Shown here piece by piece: positions 1 to 7,720 of a DNA stretch of 64,000 nucleotides. Position 1 is the stretch's first letter; every line of letters begins with the position of its first letter. The notes beneath the pieces are model-generated. The model had not been told where the DNA came from. It worked only from the letters and a program-made list of their open reading frames with translations, and ran no database searches. Both the position numbers and the translations under genes were made by a program. Source of the stretch: a bacterium (GTDB taxonomy: Bacteria > Zhuqueibacterota > Zhuqueibacteria > Residuimicrobiales > Krinioviventaceae); assembly GCA_963675755.2 (NCBI GenBank), contig CAXXMD010000002.1, positions 1,280,001 through 1,344,000 on the forward strand. Direction: 5' to 3'.

Positions 1-488
1 CTTACAAATACTTTTTTAACCGCAAAACTGAGGTTTTCATCCATGGTAAAACATTCACGGTCCCAGTCACAAGCAGCACCCAGATGACGCAATTGTTTAA
101 AAATAATGCCGCCATACTTTTCCTTCCATTCCCAAACGCGTTCCAAAAACTTTTCACGTCCCAGCATGTGGCGGTCCAAACCTTCTTCTGCAATGGCAGC
201 TTCTACCTTGTTCTGAGTAGCAATACCGGCATGGTCCGTACCCGGCATCCATAAGGTTTCATAGCCCTGCATTTTTTTCCATCGAATCAACAGATCCTGA
301 ATAGTATTATTCAAAATGTGTCCCATGGTCAACATACCGGTCACATTAGGCGGTGGAATTACAATAGAATAATGCTTTTTCTTGCTTGTTTCGTCACCAT
401 GAAAAAGCTTGTGCTCTTCCCAATAAGTGTACCATTTATCTTCAACTTTGGTCGGATCGTATACCTTGTCAAGTTCTTTAAAGCCCAT
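1..488 (-). CDS. valS: Valyl-tRNA synthetase, 5' part (runs off the window start)
   Basis: Not in the ORF track because the frame has no stop in the window. Manual translation from ATG at 488: MGFKELDKVYDPTKVEDKWY...IVIPPPNVTGMLTMGHILNNTIQD...LWMPGTDHAGIATQ...LGREKFLERVWEWKE...DWDRECFTMD. GAGGAG RBS at 493-498. Confidence 0.97.
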   Translation of the reverse strand, partial: MGFKELDKVYDPTKVEDKWYTYWEEHKLFHGDETSKKKHYSIVIPPPNVTGMLTMGHILNNTIQDLLIRWKKMQGYETLWMPGTDHAGIATQNKVEAAIAEEGLDRHMLGREKFLERVWEWKEKYGGIIFKQLRHLGAACDWDRECFTMDENLSFAVKKVFV

Positions 489-561
489 GAAACTCCTCAA
501 TCTCTGTCATCGGTTTGGTTCAATACTGCATAAAAGCAGACCTAAATATATATAGTTTATT

Positions 562-590
562 AATATAGTAAAACCCTTTACAAGAGTCAA
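562..590 (-). promoter_or_regulatory. Candidate sigma70 promoter of valS
   Basis: Minus strand reads TTGACT-17 nt-TATATT, about 75 nt upstream of the valS start. Confidence 0.55.
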
Positions 591-694
591 CGAATTTTGG
601 CTCCTCTCAATAGAGAAAAAACATTTTAAAATGAATATTGAAAACAATTCATCAGTTTTACGTATAAAGAATAAATAACAGAAAGGATGAATTC

Positions 695-928
695 ATGCAG
701 ATCAAAACCATTATTATCACCGTACTATTAACTCTATTTACTATAATCCTAATCCAGAATACAACAATTGTTACTTTTCAATTGCTATTCTGGCAGGTAT
801 CCACATCATTAATCATTCTAATGATCATTATGCTGTTGATCGGATATTTAATTGGATTATTTTCAAGAGCATTATTTAAAAAGCGGAAAAAGCAGGAAAA
901 TAAACAAACGGAAACCAGCGAAATTTAA
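695..928 (+). CDS. Small two-TM membrane protein, LapA/DUF1049-like
   Basis: 77 aa. TM helix, IQNTTIVTFQLLFWQ, second TM helix ending IGYLIG, then a basic tail. AAGGA RBS. Confidence 0.8.
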   Translation: MQIKTIIITVLLTLFTIILIQNTTIVTFQLLFWQVSTSLIILMIIMLLIGYLIGLFSRALFKKRKKQENKQTETSEI

Positions 929-982
929 AAACAACCCCACTATCCATATCTTCTTAAAATCATCAAATTGAACACTATTGCA

Positions 983-1012
983 CACAATCTGTACCTGTAG
1001 GTACAGATTGTG
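983..1012. promoter_or_regulatory. Perfect 14-bp-arm palindrome, candidate enhancer/operator
   Basis: CACAATCTGTACCT-GT-AGGTACAGATTGTG, 70-100 bp upstream of a sigma54 consensus. No U-tract follows. Confidence 0.6.
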
Positions 1013-1082
1013 ATTCTCCTGTAAACTGGAAAAACAAACCAATCCCTTGAAAATGAAGAACTTGCAAACCAGAAAATAATTC

Positions 1083-1098
1083 TGGCATATCCATTGCC
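1083..1098 (+). promoter_or_regulatory. Sigma54 (-24/-12) promoter
   Basis: TGGCATATCCATTGCC: GG-N10-GC spacing matching TGGCAC-N5-TTGC, 47 nt upstream of ATG 1145. Confidence 0.75.
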
Positions 1099-1144
1099 AA
1101 AACAGGGGCAGAAACAAAAACAAACTAACATACAGGAGAACATC

Positions 1145-2014
1145 ATGAAAGTCTTGACCACCAAACGAATCGCATCATTCATTTCTACAAGTATATTGGT
1201 ATCAATCATTACATTAACAGGTTGTAGTGAAAACAGTCCTATTGAACCGGAGAGTAACTTTGCGTATGATGAAAACGCGGATGTTGCTGAATCTGTTGCC
1301 GGAACCGTTGGTGAAGACACCGGTGGTATGATGGACCAAATGAACGATATGATGGTTCTGGCCGGTGACGAATCTCTGGCAAAAACTGAAGGTGACTTTT
1401 TTGAATCCAAAGAAAAAAACTGGGATGAAGCCACACAATCCTGGATTATTTCAGTTAAACGTGAACGCGGATATGAAGAAAGCTCTTTTTACGCATTGAT
1501 TGAAAGAGAATACCAGGTCCAGTTCCTGAATTCCGGTAATGTTCCTCAAAAATTCTGGATAACCAATAATGATACAGCCACCACAATGACGTTTAAAATA
1601 GTAACAGGAGAAGGACGTCATAAAACACTCAAATTATCACAGGAATTGCTAGAACTGGATGGCAGCTTTACTGCAACGGGTGTAAATACAGATACAGTAA
1701 CATTTGTAGGAAATTACTCACGCGCGGCTGTAGATACCATTACTACAGAAAGGTTTACACGCATACATAATCATTCAACAGCATTATCCTTTACTTTGGC
1801 AGGTCCTCGTATGAGCAGTGCAGACCTGACTCAGCACTATACAGGACAAATTACCGGTACATATAATGCCGATATAGAATTCAACGGAGAAAACGGCATG
1901 GTAGATCGGTCAATTGAAAAATCATTTACAATTGATGTAGATGAAGCTAACGCAGAAATCATTATCAACAAGCACTTGTACATGTGCAGTTTAATAACCG
2001 GACAGGTTGAATAA
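1145..2014 (+). CDS. Hypothetical lipoprotein (beta-rich)
   Basis: ORF 1094..2014. Better start is ATG 1145 after AGGAG. Signal peptide with lipobox (ITLTG|C-SENSPIEP). Followed by a terminator. Confidence 0.8.
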   Translation: MKVLTTKRIASFISTSILVSIITLTGCSENSPIEPESNFAYDENADVAESVAGTVGEDTGGMMDQMNDMMVLAGDESLAKTEGDFFESKEKNWDEATQSWIISVKRERGYEESSFYALIEREYQVQFLNSGNVPQKFWITNNDTATTMTFKIVTGEGRHKTLKLSQELLELDGSFTATGVNTDTVTFVGNYSRAAVDTITTERFTRIHNHSTALSFTLAGPRMSSADLTQHYTGQITGTYNADIEFNGENGMVDRSIEKSFTIDVDEANAEIIINKHLYMCSLITGQVE

Positions 2015-2047
2015 ATACTCTCTCTCCCCCCTCAAACACACTCTTCC

Positions 2048-2081
2048 AAAAACGACAGTCAAATTTTGACTGTCGTTTTTT
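2048..2081 (+). terminator. Rho-independent terminator (bidirectional form)
   Basis: AAAAACGACAGTCAA-ATT-TTGACTGTCGTTTTTT just after the lipoprotein stop. Confidence 0.85.
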
Positions 2082-2245
2082 AATTATAAATTAAAAAAAA
2101 CAAGAAAAACCATTGAAAATTAATTTTTTATTTTGAAATTTAAAAATCTTTACTATTTTATAAATGAATATGGATATCTAATGTATCTTTATAATTATTT
2201 AAAGTTTACATTAATGAACATTTTCTCCACAAAAGGGGAAAATTA

Positions 2246-3806
2246 ATGCAAAATATGCGCGATTTTGACAAACCCTATATACTCCTGGTTGAAGACAATA
2301 AAGACCAGGCATTTGTAGTATCTTATTTTTTAAAAGAAAAAGGTTACCATGTAGACTGGTGTAACACTGCAAAATCCGCTGTGCGTAAAGCCTACCAGCA
2401 TGATTACAATTTAATTTTGCTTGATGTAATGTTAAATTCGGACAAGGACGGATTTGAATTGATCCAATTTTTCAAATCTTCTCCCCCACTCAAGGAAATT
2501 CCGGTAATTATGCTGACGGCAAGATCAAACAGCAAGGATAAAGTCAATGGTTTAAAACTGGGGGCAGACGACTATATTACCAAACCATTTGACAGGGATG
2601 AGCTTCTTGCAAGAATTGAAAGTACTATTGAACGCAAGAATAAAGTCAGATACATTGAACAGTTTAAAGATCTTTTAGAAAACACAGATGATATTGTTTT
2701 ACTGTTAGACAGCAAAGGGATTATTGATCACGCCAATAAACAGGCCAAGATCATCATTCCACAGTTAAAGAACAAAGATAAAAAATATAAACTTGTAGAC
2801 ATATTTGATCCCATGTTTTCTTCGGCTATCCTGGCATTTTTTGACAGGGTGCTTCAAGGTATGGAAGTAAAAGGCACAGATTGGAAATTAAGACAATCAG
2901 CAGAGACCGTCACATCCGTTGATGCCAAATTACTACCCATTTTGCAGGGAGAACGGATCATTGGTGTGGGATGTATCTTTCGGGATTCTTCACAACGTAT
3001 ACAGGCAATTCAGGAATTTGAAAAACGGAATCGTGATCTTCAGCAGCGCGTCAGACAAACAGATGCCCGTTTGAACGAAGTACAGGAAAAACTGATCATG
3101 TCCGAAAAACTGGCAGTTATGGGTGAACTTGCAGCTGCTATTGCACATGAAATACGAAATCCGTTAAATACAATCAGTTCTTCCATATACTTTTTGCAAA
3201 GGATATTAAAATCAGAAGAACCCAAAGCACATGAACATTTGAATATCATTAGACAAGAGATACAACGCACTCAGAATATTATTGTTAATCTTTTAGATTT
3301 TTCAAGAAAATCAGGCTCAGACAAAACAGAAACAGAAATTAACCAGCTTGTAAACCAAACCCTGGTTCTGGTTGAAAAAGAACTTTTTATCAACAATATT
3401 TCACTAAATAAGGAATTAAACAATGTTGAAAAATGTTTTGTGAATCCAGATGATATGAAGCAAATTTTTTTAAACCTGATTCTGAACGCTAGAGATGCGA
3501 TGCCTAAAGGTGGTGATTTAACCGTAAAAAACGAAAATGAAAGACGACAAGATACGGGTGACCATATCAGATACAGGCAAAGGGATCCCAAAACACATTT
3601 TAGACAAAATTTTCGATCCATTTTTTTCCACCAAAGAAGAAGGGCAGAATGTAGGTATAGGGTTATCGATAGTACAAACTGCTATAGAACGAAACGATGG
3701 TACAATTCAGGTTTCTTCCAATGGTAACTCGGGAACGACATTTACAATTTGTCTCCCTGCTATAGATTCTAATCCCAAGAACCCTTTAAATGAACTAAAA
3801 AACTAA
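2246..3806 (+). CDS. Hybrid REC-PAS-HisKA-HATPase sensor kinase, split by a +1 frameshift at about 3526-3531 (ORFs 2246..3727 and 3537..3806)
   Basis: REC (LLVEDN, LLDVML, GADDYITKPF), PAS, H-box (AHEIRNPL) and N-box (NLILNARDAM) lie in one frame. G1/F/G2 boxes (ISDTGKGIP, IFDPFFSTK, GIGLSIV) lie in the +1 frame. Deleting one A from the A6 run joins them as ...GDLTVKTKMKDDKIRVTISDTG... Confidence 0.85.
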
Positions 3807-3832
3807 CAAATTCATTCAAGCAGGATTGTATT

Positions 3833-5167
3833 ATGCAAGACTATGAACCAACAATTTTACTGGTAGACGATGAAGACAATTGCTTACGGGTCATTAGCGA
3901 TGTATTCGAACTTGAGGGAATTGAATGCATTACAGCGAATTCGGGGGAAAAGGCCCTGGAGATATTCGAACTCAATGATATTGACATTGTAGTTACGGAT
4001 ATCAAAATGCCGGGGGTCTCCGGATTGGATTTGTTAAAAGAGGTCAAGGCCAGAAAGCCCGAAACTGTAGTAATTATGATGACTGGTTATGGTTCTATTG
4101 GAAACGCCATAGAATCAATCAAACAAGGCGCATATCAGTACATCATTAAACCCATAGTTATGGACGATTTCCTTGCGCAAATCAGAGACATTATGAACCA
4201 GATCCAAAATGGAAAGCCCACAAATGTCTACAAACCAGATAGCAGCTATTTTAACAATAATCTCAAGGGTACTGCGTTTAGGATTCAAAACATTAACAAG
4301 ATTATTGATCTGGTTTCAAAATCTGATTTACCTTTACTCATTACGGGTGAAAGTGGTACCGGAAAAGAACTGGCCGCATTACAAATCCACAAATCTGGTA
4401 ATCGTGCAAACCAGAATTTTGTAACACTCAATTGTACTACATGCAAAGATGTACATCTTGAAAATGACCTGTTTGGTTCCAAAACCGGCTCAAAGCCATC
4501 CGAGATAGAAAAAGCCAATGGCGGCACTTTTTATCTGGAAGAAATTGGAAATCTCAAATCATCTCTACAAACCAAATTATTAGAAGTAATTAAAACCGGA
4601 GAAATTAAATATGCCGGAAATCCGGATCCGGTTAAAGTAGATGTGAGATTTATAGCATCTACAAGCCACAATCTTGAACAGGAAGTTGAAGAAGGTGTTT
4701 TTGATGCCGAGTTGTTTCATGTGTTCAATTCCATCACCTTGAGAATGCCGGCACTGCGCGAAATCACAAATGATATACCGGTACTTGCACAGCATTTTGC
4801 TAACGAGTACAATTCCAAATCCAACAAAAAGATCAAAATTAACAAAGAAACACTGGCAACTTTGCAAAACTATTCCTGGCCGGGTAATGTTCGGGAATTG
4901 ATCAATGTTATTCGCAGCGCTGTATCTATTTGCGAAAGCAACGAGATCATGAAATTTGACCTTCCCGCCCATTTAACCAATGGTAAAGTTAAAGAAAAAC
5001 CCGGGAAAAAAGAAAAACGATCTTCATTGCTCCTGGCAGATGTAGAGCAGGACCATATTATGGGCGTGCTTGATATGGCCAAAGGCAACAAGAGTATGGC
5101 AGCAACCATGCTGGGTATTCACAGGGACACGCTTTTGAGGAAATTGAAAAAATACGGTGTAGATTAA
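3833..5167 (+). CDS. NtrC/NtrX-like response regulator (REC-AAA+-Fis HTH) lacking the GAFTGA loop
   Basis: REC (LLVDDE, TDIKMPG), Walker A GESGTGKE, WPGNVREL, C-terminal HTH (GNKSMAATMLGIHRDTLLRKLKKY). GAFTGA is absent. Confidence 0.9.
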   Translation: MQDYEPTILLVDDEDNCLRVISDVFELEGIECITANSGEKALEIFELNDIDIVVTDIKMPGVSGLDLLKEVKARKPETVVIMMTGYGSIGNAIESIKQGAYQYIIKPIVMDDFLAQIRDIMNQIQNGKPTNVYKPDSSYFNNNLKGTAFRIQNINKIIDLVSKSDLPLLITGESGTGKELAALQIHKSGNRANQNFVTLNCTTCKDVHLENDLFGSKTGSKPSEIEKANGGTFYLEEIGNLKSSLQTKLLEVIKTGEIKYAGNPDPVKVDVRFIASTSHNLEQEVEEGVFDAELFHVFNSITLRMPALREITNDIPVLAQHFANEYNSKSNKKIKINKETLATLQNYSWPGNVRELINVIRSAVSICESNEIMKFDLPAHLTNGKVKEKPGKKEKRSSLLLADVEQDHIMGVLDMAKGNKSMAATMLGIHRDTLLRKLKKYGVD

Positions 5168-5200
5168 AAAAAAAAGCCCCTTATTCAGGGGCTTTTTTTT
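5166..5200. terminator. Bidirectional Rho-independent terminator between convergent genes
   Basis: A-run, GCCCCT-TATTC-AGGGGC, T-run between the stops at 5167 and 5214. Confidence 0.9.
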
Positions 5201-5213
5201 GATATATTAAATA

Positions 5214-6641
5214 CTAGTTGGCTTTGCCGTTAGACAAATATTCGTGAATAGATTTTGCAGCTTTACGTCCGGCTCCCATTGCCAGAATTACCGTTGCACC
5301 GCCAGTAACAACATCACCGCCTGCATAAACGCCTTTTTTGCATGTTGCACCTGTTTCTTCATCCACAACAATGGTTCCGCGTTTTGAGCATTCAAGATCC
5401 GGTGTTGTCTGCTGGATCAATGGATTCGATCCATTACCAATTGCAATAATGGCCAAATCAATATCAATCACATATTCAGAGCCTTCCATGGGCACAGGTC
5501 TGCGACGACCGGAAGCATCGGGTTCACCCAGCTCCATTTTGATACATTTCACACCATTCAACCAGCCTTTACCATTGTCTAAAAATTCTAATGGACTGGT
5601 AAGCATTTTGAATTCAATGCCTTCTTCTTTGGCGTGGTGAATTTCTTCATTACGCGCTGGCATTTCAACCTCTGAACGCCGATACAGAATATATGCATTT
5701 TTTGCGCCCAAACGTTTTGCGGTACGTACAGAGTCCATTGCAGTGTTTCCACCACCAATTACCGCTACATTCTTGTCTTTAACACTGATAACCGGTGAAT
5801 CATATTCAGGGAAACGATATGCTTTCATCAGGTTCACGCGTGTCAAGAATTCATTGGCAGAATAAACACCAATCAGGTCTTCACCGGGAAGATCCATAAA
5901 CCAGGGCAGTCCCGCGCCCGAAGCAACAAAAACAGCATCATAACCATCACTCATCAACTCGTCGATGGTATCAACACGCCCAATAACTGCGTTTGGCTCA
6001 AATTCAACACCCATTTTACTGAGATTATTAATTTCCTGTTTTACAATATCTTTTGGCAGACGAAATTCAGGAATACCGTAAACCAATACTCCACCAAGTT
6101 CATGAAAAGCTTCAAATACAGTTACCGCATAACCCATCTGTACCAGATCTCCGGCACAAGACAAACCGGCAGGGCCGCTGCCTACAACTGCAACTTTTTT
6201 CTTGAATTTTTGTTCAGCTTTAACAACCTCAGCAGGTTGATTAACACGTTCATAATCAGCAACAAATCGTTCCAGATTACCAATAGCAACCGGATCTCCT
6301 TTTTTCCCAACAATACACAAGTTTTCACACTGTTCTTCCTGGGGACATACACGTCCGCAAATCGCAGGCAGCATATTGTCTTCTTTGATAGATTGACTTG
6401 CTGCTGCGAAATCACCTTCTACAATATAATTGATGAATCTGGGTATATTGATATTAACAGGACAACCTGACACACAAACCGGTTTTTTACATTGCAAACA
6501 CCGGAGGGCCTCTTTTTGGGCCATTTCAACGGTATAACCTAAATTAACCTCTTTAAAATTCGTAACCCTCTGCATGGGATCCTGTTCGGGCATCTTTTGC
6601 CGCGGTATTTGTCGTCTTTCTTTGGCTGAAAGTTCATTCAT
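5214..6641 (-). CDS. nfnB: NADH-dependent reduced ferredoxin:NADP+ oxidoreductase large subunit (NfnB/SudA; GltD-like, often annotated gltA)
   Basis: RCLQCKKPVCVSGCPV, CGRVCPQEEQCE, GSGPAGL, GIPEFRLP, GGGNTAMD, AGGDVVTGGATVILAMGAG. Adjacent to the small subunit. Confidence 0.88.
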   Translation of the reverse strand: MNELSAKERRQIPRQKMPEQDPMQRVTNFKEVNLGYTVEMAQKEALRCLQCKKPVCVSGCPVNINIPRFINYIVEGDFAAASQSIKEDNMLPAICGRVCPQEEQCENLCIVGKKGDPVAIGNLERFVADYERVNQPAEVVKAEQKFKKKVAVVGSGPAGLSCAGDLVQMGYAVTVFEAFHELGGVLVYGIPEFRLPKDIVKQEINNLSKMGVEFEPNAVIGRVDTIDELMSDGYDAVFVASGAGLPWFMDLPGEDLIGVYSANEFLTRVNLMKAYRFPEYDSPVISVKDKNVAVIGGGNTAMDSVRTAKRLGAKNAYILYRRSEVEMPARNEEIHHAKEEGIEFKMLTSPLEFLDNGKGWLNGVKCIKMELGEPDASGRRRPVPMEGSEYVIDIDLAIIAIGNGSNPLIQQTTPDLECSKRGTIVVDEETGATCKKGVYAGGDVVTGGATVILAMGAGRKAAKSIHEYLSNGKAN

Positions 6642-6668
6642 AAGGGTTGTTCCTTTTACATTCTATAG

Positions 6669-7544
6669 TTATTTCTCTAATTCGTTAACAGCAGCATCCA
6701 ATCGACAACCACCTTCACCATGATCATGATCGATGGATTCAAGCGATGCTTTTTCCTGATTGGCATAAGCAGTATTACGGTTTAACAGACTCTGAAAATC
6801 TACCTGATGTGCATCAAATTCCGGTCCGTCAACACATACAAACTGTACAGAATCGCCAATATTTACACGGCATCCACCGCACATACCGGTACCATCAACC
6901 ATAACCGGATTTAAACTCACCATGGTTTTTATACCGTACTCGCGGGTTATATCCGCAACACTTTTCATCATCATAATAGGACCTATAGCAAGAACAAAAT
7001 CGGGTTTGTTACCGCTATCGATCAGTTCTTTCAACTTGCCGGTCACAAATCCATGATAACCATAACTACCATCATCGGTAGTGACATAGGTTTCATCACA
7101 AAATTCCTGCATTTCTTTTTCCAGAATGACCAGATCTTTGTTCTTGGCGCCAATAATAGAAATGACATGGTTGTCAGCTTGTTTTAACGCTTTTGCAGTT
7201 GGAAAAGCAATAGCAGTTCCTACACCGCCACCAATTACACATGCTTTACCAAATTTTTCAATTTCTGAGGGTTTTCCCAATGGACCTACAATATCCATTA
7301 CCTCATCACCGGTATTGAACCGGTTCAATAACTTTGTAGTCTTTCCAATACCCTGTACAATGATAGTTACGCTCCCTTCAACCGGATCAGAATCCGCAAT
7401 GGTCAACGGTATACGCTCACCTTTGTCATGCACACGCACAATCACAAACTGACCTGCCTGACGTTTTTTACTGATCTTGGGGGCTTCAATTCGGAATAAT
7501 TTGATATCTTTTGCCAGGAATTCAGCATGCAGTATTTTCGGCAT
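6669..7544 (-). CDS. nfnA: NfnA/SudB small subunit (FAD/NAD-binding, 2Fe-2S)
   Basis: GQFVIVR...GERIPLTIAD, GPLGKP, IGGGVG, TDDGSYG, MVDGTGMCGGCRV...CVDGPEFD. Confidence 0.9.
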   Translation of the reverse strand: MPKILHAEFLAKDIKLFRIEAPKISKKRQAGQFVIVRVHDKGERIPLTIADSDPVEGSVTIIVQGIGKTTKLLNRFNTGDEVMDIVGPLGKPSEIEKFGKACVIGGGVGTAIAFPTAKALKQADNHVISIIGAKNKDLVILEKEMQEFCDETYVTTDDGSYGYHGFVTGKLKELIDSGNKPDFVLAIGPIMMMKSVADITREYGIKTMVSLNPVMVDGTGMCGGCRVNIGDSVQFVCVDGPEFDAHQVDFQSLLNRNTAYANQEKASLESIDHDHGEGGCRLDAAVNELEK

Positions 7545-7600
7545 CTATCTTCCTTTCGTCTCTAATATTTGTGTTCAAAACTACATTTACAGAAGACAAG

Positions 7601-7618
7601 TTAGGAAATTTTTCACAA
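7601..7618. promoter_or_regulatory. Candidate Rex operator upstream of nfnA
   Basis: TTAGGAA-ATTT-TTCACAA versus the Rex consensus TTGTGAA-N4-TTCACAA (2 mismatches), 57 bp upstream of nfnA. Confidence 0.5.
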
Positions 7619-7679
7619 AAAAGGAATGAATTTTTTGCAGAAATACAAAAAGAGGAAATAAATATAACAAGAAAAGTGT

Positions 7680-7711
7680 TCATTCCGGCAGTTTTTGTCC
7701 TGCCGGAATGA
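7680..7711 (-). terminator. Hairpin downstream of the GH2 gene (probable terminator)
   Basis: TCATTCCGGCAG-8 nt-CTGCCGGAATGA, 10 nt past the GH2 stop. U-tract on the minus strand is weak. Confidence 0.65.
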
Positions 7712-7720
7712 TCTCACACC

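Noticed and set aside
318-533. 71-aa plus-strand ORF (and the 63-aa ORF 2..193)
   Set aside because: Shadow frames of valS, which occupies 1..488 on the minus strand.
2082-2245. Very AT-rich intergenic tracts (also 12063-12320 and 63420-63570) as a replication origin or ncRNA
   Set aside because: No DnaA-box cluster, iterons or stable structure seen. They are consistent with ordinary promoter regions.
3526-3532. Programmed -1 ribosomal frameshift at A_AAA_AAC
   Set aside because: The downstream kinase half lies in the +1 frame, not -1, and I see no stimulatory hairpin.
5214-6641. Glutamate synthase small subunit (gltD/gltA)
   Set aside because: No adjacent large subunit. It is paired with an NfnA/SudB-type gene, which fits NfnB better.
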